Below the pieces are notes generated by a model, which saw nothing but the letters and a program-made list of their open reading frames with translations, did no database searches and had not been told where the DNA came from. A stretch of DNA of 64,000 nucleotides from an uncultured Acidobacteriota bacterium. GTDB taxonomy: Bacteria > Acidobacteriota > UBA6911. The number at the start of each line of letters is the position of its first letter. Position 1 is the first letter of the stretch. The position numbers were made by a program, and so were the translations under genes. Positions 32,362 to 39,890 of this stretch are shown here, one piece after another. The DNA lies in NCBI GenBank assembly GCA_963827655.1, contig CAWHCF010000050.1, positions 32,001-96,000 on the forward strand, given 5' to 3'.

Positions 32362-32937
32362 ATGAAAGATACCGTCGAAACTGTCGATGTCCCTATCCTG
32401 GACGCGACCAGAGAAAACGTAGCCGACTACGGCCTTTTCATAGGGACGGACGTGCCGGATTCCGGTCTCAAGATTCCGTTCTACAAAGGCTCCGTCGAAG
32501 AGGGGCACAATTTGCCGTTCGAGTGCAAAGGCAGTGCAGTCATCCGCACTGCCCGCATCAGCCGCCGCAACCCGGAGGTTCTCTGGCTGGAAAGGCATAT
32601 GAATATGACGCAGCTTTTCATCGGGCTGGGCGATCAACCGTTTGCCATGGTGCTCGGCAAACCCAATCACGAACAAGGAAAGAAGGCTCCCGATCTCGCC
32701 GAGGTGAAGTGCTTCATACTGCCGCCCGGCCACGGAATCATGCTTCATAAGGGCACCTGGCACGACTTTCCGCTGTGCGTCAAGGATCCCGTCACCGTGC
32801 TGACGGCTAACTCTCCTGAGGTTGTTGAGGCGCTGTCCGGCATGGCTGAAGCCATGGAGATGGACCATGGCGACGTTTTCAAGATCGAAGTGAAAAAACA
32901 CACCGGCAAAATGTTGAGAGCCTCGTTCCGAGGGTAG
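32362..32937 (+). CDS. Ureidoglycolate lyase-like (cupin) protein
   Basis: AT.EN.A.YG, WLERH...TQ.FI.L, F.L.PG.G..L.KGTWH.FP; GGAG RBS. Confidence 0.8.
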   Translation: MKDTVETVDVPILDATRENVADYGLFIGTDVPDSGLKIPFYKGSVEEGHNLPFECKGSAVIRTARISRRNPEVLWLERHMNMTQLFIGLGDQPFAMVLGKPNHEQGKKAPDLAEVKCFILPPGHGIMLHKGTWHDFPLCVKDPVTVLTANSPEVVEALSGMAEAMEMDHGDVFKIEVKKHTGKMLRASFRG

Positions 32938-32980
32938 CTGCTTGTCTGCCGGCCAGGACCAGGTTCACGAAGGAGTCGAT

Positions 32981-34102
32981 GTGCAGGTAAAGGCGATCAA
33001 GATTCTCACCAGCAGTCCCGGTGATGTCAGCGAGCTGACGCGCCTGATGGACGAAGGTATCATTGTTGCCTCGGAAGTTATTTGCATCATTGGCAAAACC
33101 GAAGGTAATGGGGGAAGGAACGACTTCACTCGCGACCTGGCCATGGCGGCTTTCGAAGATCTATTCAGCCGCAGGCTCGGTATCGACCGGCAAGAGGTGG
33201 TGGAGCGCATCATTTTTTCGCTTTCAGGCGGCTGCGAGGGAGTCGTATCGCCTCATATCGTCGTTTTTTCGATCGCGGGAACCCCTGCCGCAATCCCTCA
33301 TTCGCAGAAGCGACTGGCAATTGGAATTGGTTTTACGCGTGAGTTTTCTGCCGGCGAGATTGGACGTATGCCTCAAATCGAGGAAACAGCCAGGGTTATA
33401 CGAGAAGTAGTGGAGGCGTTGCGAATCGAGGCGTGTGGCGATGTCAAGCTGATACAGATGAAGGGCGCCATTCCGAAAGTCTCATACGAGGAGTCCGAAG
33501 CTGCTCGCAAATCCGGTAAGCCGATGCGCTCCGACATGGTCTACTCGCGTGGCGCTTCCGCTCTGGCAGCCGCTGTGGCGCTCGGCGAAGTCGAATTGTC
33601 CGCTCTCGATGACGATTCGATTTGCGCGGACTGGGACAAGTATTCTTCGACTGCTTCCTGCTCTGCCAAACCGGGACTGAAGCGAACCGAAATCGTAGTT
33701 ATGGCGAATTCTTCTTACTGGGACGGGAATCTCGTCATCGAAGGCGGTGTGCTCAAAGATATGATCGATGTCAACTCGGTAAGAGAGGTTCTTTCCGGGC
33801 TCGGAATAAATGTCGAGGCTCAGGCCACTGCTGAACAGACCGAGCGACTGGTCGGTATCTTCGCCAAGTCGGAGGCCGATCCGCGCCTTACCATTCGCGG
33901 GCGGCGTCACACCATGCTGACTGACGATGACATTAGCGATACGAGATATTCGCGCTGCATTCTTGGCGCTGTTATTGCCGGTGTCACAGGCGATACGGCG
34001 GTATACATCAGCACCAGGTCGGAACACCACGGACCACTCGGTGGGGGAACCATTGCGATCATAGCAAAGGCGACTGCCGGCGACGCGCGTGAAGCGAGCT
34101 GA
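32981..34102 (+). CDS. Ring-opening amidohydrolase of the cyanuric acid hydrolase/barbiturase (AtzD) family, divergent
   Basis: GKTEGNG..NDFTR, SGG.EG..SPH, YSRGASAL, SCSA, RGRRHTML.D.DI..TR and EH.GP.GGG; AAGGAG before GTG 32981. Confidence 0.9.
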   Translation: MQVKAIKILTSSPGDVSELTRLMDEGIIVASEVICIIGKTEGNGGRNDFTRDLAMAAFEDLFSRRLGIDRQEVVERIIFSLSGGCEGVVSPHIVVFSIAGTPAAIPHSQKRLAIGIGFTREFSAGEIGRMPQIEETARVIREVVEALRIEACGDVKLIQMKGAIPKVSYEESEAARKSGKPMRSDMVYSRGASALAAAVALGEVELSALDDDSICADWDKYSSTASCSAKPGLKRTEIVVMANSSYWDGNLVIEGGVLKDMIDVNSVREVLSGLGINVEAQATAEQTERLVGIFAKSEADPRLTIRGRRHTMLTDDDISDTRYSRCILGAVIAGVTGDTAVYISTRSEHHGPLGGGTIAIIAKATAGDAREAS

Positions 34103-34424
34103 AACGTCCTGTGACTCATCGCGACAGCGTGGCTCCAGCACTGGTCTGTTGCGGCGCGCACGATCGCGTTCACGACTTTCCTGGACCAGACGGATCCTCA
34201 ATCGGAGGACGAGCCTATGCGCTGATTAGAGCCCTTCGTCCGGCGGCTTGCTAGTCCGTTCGATTCCTGAATCGTACCTCGTGGATCGCCGTCCGTTCGA
34301 AGGTGAAGCGGAGAGGTCGTCCTTGCAGCGAATGATGACCGTGCAGGAGCCTGACCAATCGTATGGGTACGTTCGTTCGAGTACCTGAGCCGGAACAGCG
34401 TATTTTTTGCAGTCCGGAGGAACG

Positions 34425-35525
34425 ATGAATCGCAAGCGCCATTTTCTTCTTTTTTTTCTTGTCGCCGCAGTCGCTGTTCGCGCCGATGACATCGATGATT
34501 ACGTCAAGGGCCAGATGCAGAAACTGCATATTCCCGCGGTTTCTGTTGCGGTGATCAAAGACGGCTCTCTGATCAAGGCCGAAGGATACGGGCTTGCGGA
34601 TATGGAACATGGCATTCCTGCCCGACCCGACACCGTTTTCAAGATCGGATCGGTGAGCAAGCAGTTCCTCGCAACCGGAATCATGCTGCTGGTTCAGGAC
34701 GGCAGGGTCGCTCTGGACGACAAGGTCAGCAAGTACCTTGCCGAGGCGCCGAGCACGTGGCAGGCAATCACGCTTCGTCATCTGCTTACCCACACCTCAG
34801 GCCTTGTGCGCGAGGGACCGGGTTTCGACCCGTACAAGCTTCAGCCCGATATCGATGTCATCAAAACAGCCTATCCACTCCCGATCCAGTTCAAGCCTGG
34901 CGAAAAATGGCAGTACTCCAACCTCGGTTACTTCGTGCTGGCGGAAGTCATCCATAAAGTCAGCGGAAAACCGTGGGGCGATTTTCTCGCCGAACGAGTG
35001 TTCGCTCCGCTGGGGATGACCGCCACCCGGGTGACCAGTGTCGCGGACATGGTCCCAAACCGCGCCGACGGCTATGCGTGGAAGACAGACAAATTCCAGA
35101 ACACGGAAAACTGGCCAGCCGTACGCCCAAGCGGCGCGTTCCTGTCGACTGCACTCGACCTGGCGAAGTGGGAGGCCGCTTTGCTCGCGGACCACGTTCT
35201 GAAGGGATCAACCAAGACGGAGATGTGGACGCCGGCGATACTGAATGACGGTCGAAAGTACCCTTACGGATTCGGCTGGCAGCTCGACGACTTTCCCGCC
35301 GGTTCTCCGGCTCCGACCGGTGTTCCGATGATCCGGCATGGAGGCTCGATGCCTGGATTCCGAGCCGGCTATTTTCGTTGGCCGAATCACGGACTCGCCG
35401 TGATTGTACTTGCCAATCTTGAAAACGCACCTGTCGAAGGTCTGGGAGCAGCTATTGCGGTCCGGTACGTGCCTGAACTCAAGCAGGCTTCGCTCCCGCC
35501 TCAGGCCGCGCCGGTCCCGAGATGA
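34425..35525 (+). CDS. Serine hydrolase, beta-lactamase class C family, secreted
   Basis: F.IGSVSK (SxxK), LLTHTSG, PGEKWQYSN and HGG.MPGF; signal peptide. Confidence 0.92.
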   Translation: MNRKRHFLLFFLVAAVAVRADDIDDYVKGQMQKLHIPAVSVAVIKDGSLIKAEGYGLADMEHGIPARPDTVFKIGSVSKQFLATGIMLLVQDGRVALDDKVSKYLAEAPSTWQAITLRHLLTHTSGLVREGPGFDPYKLQPDIDVIKTAYPLPIQFKPGEKWQYSNLGYFVLAEVIHKVSGKPWGDFLAERVFAPLGMTATRVTSVADMVPNRADGYAWKTDKFQNTENWPAVRPSGAFLSTALDLAKWEAALLADHVLKGSTKTEMWTPAILNDGRKYPYGFGWQLDDFPAGSPAPTGVPMIRHGGSMPGFRAGYFRWPNHGLAVIVLANLENAPVEGLGAAIAVRYVPELKQASLPPQAAPVPR

Positions 35526-35715
35526 CCAAAATGATTGCGGTCCTCGTCGCAGGGATATTGCTTTCGCTGGTGCCGGGAGAGCTAACCACAAAATTCCGGA
35601 GCCGCAGGCCTGCATCGATGTAGAATGGCCCTCACCGACGTCAAGGAACCGCCGGGCGGGCGCCGGAAGTTAACATAAAACGAACCCCTCAATTCAATGG
35701 TGAACAGGAGTAATC

Positions 35716-37362
35716 ATGACTGAAAAACTGCACGACGGTGTCACGCGGCGTGAGCTGTTCCAGATCGGGAACGTGCTCGCCATGCCGGTTCTCCTGGGCG
35801 TCGCGAAAGCCCACGCAGAAGGGACGGCCGCGGTCGGTCCGCTCAAGTCCGGACCGGAGATCTACCAGTCGATCGGCGTTGAACCGGTCATCAACTGCCG
35901 CGGGACGTTCACAATCATCGGCGGATCCGTGGAGCGTCCCGAGGTCCGCGCCGCGATGGATGCGGCGGCGCGGTACTACGTGCAGATCGACGAACTGGCC
36001 GACGCCGTCGGCCAGCGGCTCGCCCAGCTGACCGGCGCGGAGTGGGGCATGGTGTCGGCGGGATGCGCCGCGGGGTTGAAGCACGTCACCGCCGCATGCG
36101 TGACGGGCGGGAACCCCGAAAGGCTCATTCGCATTCCCGATCTGACCGGTTTCGACAAGACCGAAGTCGTCAGTCCGCGGTACTCCCGAAACGTGTACGA
36201 CGCCGCGGTCCGCAACATCGGCGTGAAGATGATCACGGTCGAGACGCCGGAAGAGCTCGAGAACTCGCTCGGTCCGCGTACGGCAATGATCTATCTCACG
36301 TCCGGCGGAGCCGCGTCGTCCGGGCCGCTCTCGCTCGAGAACGTGGCGAAGATCGCCCAGCCGAAGAACATACCCATCCTGGTTGATGCGGCCGCCGAAG
36401 TGCTGACGATCCCGAACGTGCACCTTCAGAAAGGCGCCACCATCGTCGCCTACAGCGGAGGCAAGGCGCTCTGCGGCCCGCAGTGCGCCGGCCTGCTCCT
36501 GGGCCGCAAAGACATCCTCATGTCGGCGTGGCAGGCCAGCTCGCCGCACCACGGCCCGGGCCGCGACAACAAGGTGGGCCGCGAAGAAACGCTCGGCATG
36601 CTGGCGGCTGTCGAAGCGTGGGTGAAGCGCGATCACGACGCGGACTGGAAGACGTGGCTCTCCTGGCTCGACAACATCTCCAAGCGCGTCTCCACCATCG
36701 CGAGCGTGAAGACGTCAGTGCGGGAGCCGACGGGCCTCTCGAACAAGAGTCCTTCGCTGACCATTGCGTGGGACCCGGCACAGCTGCACGTCACCGGCGA
36801 AGAAGTGGCCGAGGAACTGGCGAGGACCAAGCCGAGGATTGCGCTCGGCGCTGACGGCCGAGGCAACGAGGCCGCGCCGGGAACCACCTCGATTTCGGTC
36901 ACTGCCTGGATGATGCAGCCCGGCGAGGACAAGATCGTGGCGGAGCGAATCCACGGTGTGCTGTCCAGGAAGCGCGACCCGCGATCCACGGAAATGACTG
37001 CGCCTTCGGCGGGCGTCAGCGGACGCTGGGACGTGGACATCGAATTCTTCAGCAGCAGGAGCCGGCACACGCTGTTCATCGAACAGGACGGCAACTGGAT
37101 CCAGGGTTCGCACCAGGGGGACTTCACGGTGCGGGACATGGTCGGCATGATCGAGGGCAGCGACGTGAAACTCCGCAGCGTCGAACGCCGCCCCGGCAGC
37201 CTGGTCACTTTCATCTTCTCGGGCACGGTATCGGGCGACAGCATGTCGGGCTCGATTCACATGGGCGAGTATCTGAACGCGAAGTTCACCGCGAAGAAGC
37301 ACAGCTATCCGACGGAACGCACGCGCATTGTCGTGCCCAAGGGGCCGCCGCTGGCAACCTAG
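35716..37362 (+). CDS. SelA-like/DgaE-family PLP-dependent enzyme with Tat-like leader and extra C-terminal domain
   Basis: GVEPVINCRGTFTIIGGS, VDAAAE, YSGGKALCGPQ..GLL.G (PLP lysine), KVGREE; N-terminal TRRELFQ. Confidence 0.85.
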   Translation: MTEKLHDGVTRRELFQIGNVLAMPVLLGVAKAHAEGTAAVGPLKSGPEIYQSIGVEPVINCRGTFTIIGGSVERPEVRAAMDAAARYYVQIDELADAVGQRLAQLTGAEWGMVSAGCAAGLKHVTAACVTGGNPERLIRIPDLTGFDKTEVVSPRYSRNVYDAAVRNIGVKMITVETPEELENSLGPRTAMIYLTSGGAASSGPLSLENVAKIAQPKNIPILVDAAAEVLTIPNVHLQKGATIVAYSGGKALCGPQCAGLLLGRKDILMSAWQASSPHHGPGRDNKVGREETLGMLAAVEAWVKRDHDADWKTWLSWLDNISKRVSTIASVKTSVREPTGLSNKSPSLTIAWDPAQLHVTGEEVAEELARTKPRIALGADGRGNEAAPGTTSISVTAWMMQPGEDKIVAERIHGVLSRKRDPRSTEMTAPSAGVSGRWDVDIEFFSSRSRHTLFIEQDGNWIQGSHQGDFTVRDMVGMIEGSDVKLRSVERRPGSLVTFIFSGTVSGDSMSGSIHMGEYLNAKFTAKKHSYPTERTRIVVPKGPPLAT

Positions 37363-37545
37363 GGACGTGCGATTAGTCATTCGCGTCGATTGTTTCATTT
37401 AGTCATTATGTCAGTTCATGGGGCTAGACAAGGCCCAGAGTAGTCGTGTCGAGCGACGAACCTCGGCCCGCAGCACCCGACTAATGACAGCATATGACGA
37501 GATCGGACGAATCGACGAACGATCGACCAGACCTGACGAGCTTTC

Positions 37546-37601
37546 GTGCCCGCTCGGAGAGCCGGACGGGCTTGATAGCCCGTCCGCACATGCATATCAG
37601 G
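37546..37601. repeat. Hairpin B only of the bipartite repeat
   Basis: gtgcccgctcggagagccGGACGGGCttgataGCCCGTCCgcacatgcatatcagg matches 22359-22413. Confidence 0.8.
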
Positions 37602-37671
37602 TGCCGTATTCCAGGGCGCGCCGCGAAATAACCAATCTCCAGGCCCCGTCTAGCCAACGAGGGGAATCTTG

Positions 37672-39433
37672 ATGATCGTATTCCCGTTAATCTTGAGCGG
37701 CCTTCTCGCCGCCGCGCAGACGCCCTCCGATCGGCTCGAGGCGCGCCTGTCGGCTCATGCAATCTCCGGTGTCTTCCGCTCCGCGCTGGGGGTCACACGT
37801 CAGGGCACCAGGATTCCTTATCTTTTCACGGCGGAGGATCTGGACTACAACACGCGCCGGACGCGCGTGCTGCTCGTGGGCGGCCTTGACGGTTCGGATG
37901 CATCGGTCGATTCCGTGCTCGAGGCATTCCACTGGTTCCATACCTCGCCGGCAGCGGGGAAGTTCAGGACATCCTTTGCCGTGTCGGCCGTCCCGGTTGC
38001 AAACCCGGATGGTTGGTTGAGAGGCGGGCCGGGCAACGGCTCGGGCGGCGATCCGACACACGGTTATCCACCCCCAGGCGAAGCCTACAATAGTGCGACC
38101 GACCCCGAGGCCGCCTACCTTTGGAGATGGATCGGGATGCATGCCGCGGATTTCGTGGTGGAAGTTCGAAAGGGAAAGGACTACGGTTTCGCCCTTTCCG
38201 ACGACGAGGGACTCCGAGAACTTGCTCGCTTCCTCACTCCTGGCCGGACGCTACCGCCGTCGGACGAGCTGGTTCCGCAGCTTGCGCGCGCCGCACCAAG
38301 CGGCACGGGAACCGTGCCGGCCGTCCGGGTCGAACTTTCCGGGAAGACTTCTTTCCTGGATGCGCTTCTTTCCGCCCTGCGCCAGGCGAAGTTCACCGGA
38401 CCTTCTCCCGCGCGCCGCGAGATCCAGCGGCGCCTGGCGCGAACACCGCTCGAAACCGCGCGCCAGCTTGCCGCACCACTACGGCCATGAGCTCGAGGAT
38501 GCCGTGTATATTCCGGCAATGGCCGTGATCGGAAGGCTCCGTCTTGCCGACCTGACCGGCGACCCAGCGGTCCTTCAGGACGTCGAACGCATCGTGGAAC
38601 CTTATGTTGCCGGAAGGAAACCCGCGCTTCCGCCGCAGGTGAGCGGCAGTCACTTATCCGGCCACCTTCTCTTCGGCGAGCTAGCCCGGCGAACTGCGCG
38701 CCCCCGCTATCTCGAGCTGGCCCGAGCCGCAGCCGACCTCGGATTTGATCAACAGGGAAGACCTCGTGAATCGATGCCTTTCCATAACGAGATGAGTGAC
38801 GCGGTTTTCATGGGGGGCCCGATCCTGGCCCTTGTGGGCCGGCTTACGGGTGAGGCGCGTTACTTCGAGCAGTGCATCCGCCACCTGCGCTTCATGCTCG
38901 GGCTCGATCTACGGCCGGACGGACTCTGGCGGCACTCGCCCCTGGATCCGGCAGCCTGGGGACGAGGCAATGGCTTCCCGGCGCTTGGCCTGGCTTTGAG
39001 CTTGTCCGAGATACCACGCGACAATCCAGGGCGCGACGAGATCCTCAAGGTCTTCCGTTCCCACCTGAATGTTCTTCTCGCCCATCAGGACCCGACCGGC
39101 GCCTGGCACCAGGTGATCGATGCAACCGAAAGTTATCGTGAGCTGACCGCGACGTGCATGATCGGGGTGGCGATGCTGCGCGGGATTCGCTCGGGCTGGC
39201 TCGAGCGCGCCCGCTTCGAGCCGGCGGTTGAGCGCGCCTGGCATGCTGTCCAGACACGAGTAGCTCCTGACGGCACGCTCGTCGACGTTTGCACCGGTAC
39301 CGGAAAGCAGCGTAGCCTGCGCGATTATCTGGACCGCCCGGCGATCCTCGGCCGCGATCCCCGTGGCGGGGCGATGGCGCTTTTGTTTGCTGTCGAGATG
39401 GCGGAGTGGCAAGTCCAGCGCAAAAAGCGGTGA
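37672..39433 (+). CDS. Fusion of a degenerate M14 carboxypeptidase-like domain and a GH88/GH105 glycoside hydrolase (frameshift near 38475)
   Basis: N-terminal G.T.QG..I, VANPDG and PEA..L..W. C-terminal MSDAVFMG, GLWRH, WGRGNG, GAWHQVID...YRE.TAT.M and VCTGT. Confidence 0.82.
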
Positions 39434-39513
39434 CTCACGTTTCCGGAGTATGCCCATTGGCGCTGCGACCCTGGCGGTTGCCTTGGCCAGGATTTTTGTG
39501 GGATTATCCCGCT

Positions 39514-39747
39514 ATGGCATTAACCACTGTCGATAAGAAAAAGCGCGTCGTGATTCCGTCAGCCCGTCCTGGAGACGTGTTTGATGTGCAGCAGCAGGAT
39601 GAGGGACGGGTGCTGCTGGTTCGTCTCGTCCGCCCGCAACCCCAAGTCCGGATGACCCGGGCCGAATGTCTCCGGGCCATTGCCGCCGCGCCACTGCGTC
39701 CTGAAATCGAATGGAATGAACTCCGCCGGCTCACCCGCGAGCCATGA
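39514..39747 (+). CDS. AbrB/MazE-like small protein (orphan antitoxin)
   Basis: TTVDKKKRVVIP..RPGDVF......GR.LL.R swapped-hairpin pattern; the stop overlaps an ATG. Confidence 0.7.
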   Translation: MALTTVDKKKRVVIPSARPGDVFDVQQQDEGRVLLVRLVRPQPQVRMTRAECLRAIAAAPLRPEIEWNELRRLTREP

Positions 39748-39890
39748 TGCTGCCAGGCGCTCAGATCAAGAAGAGCCTTCCCGCCGGCGCGCCCCGGCCT
39801 TATACTAGCGGCGCCGCCTTTTGCCTCAAGTCAAAAGCCTGAAGGAAAAAGGATCCTCATCGCCAAAGGCACCCACCAGGGGGGCGGGAT

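Noticed and set aside
34425-35525. Functional beta-lactamase resistance gene
   Set aside because: Generic class C-like serine hydrolase with HGG rather than KTG; such genes are common and resistance cannot be inferred.
35716-37362. True selenocysteine synthase SelA linked to selD
   Set aside because: It has a Tat-like leader and DgaE-like motifs, no adjacent selB or selC, and lies 17 kb from selD.
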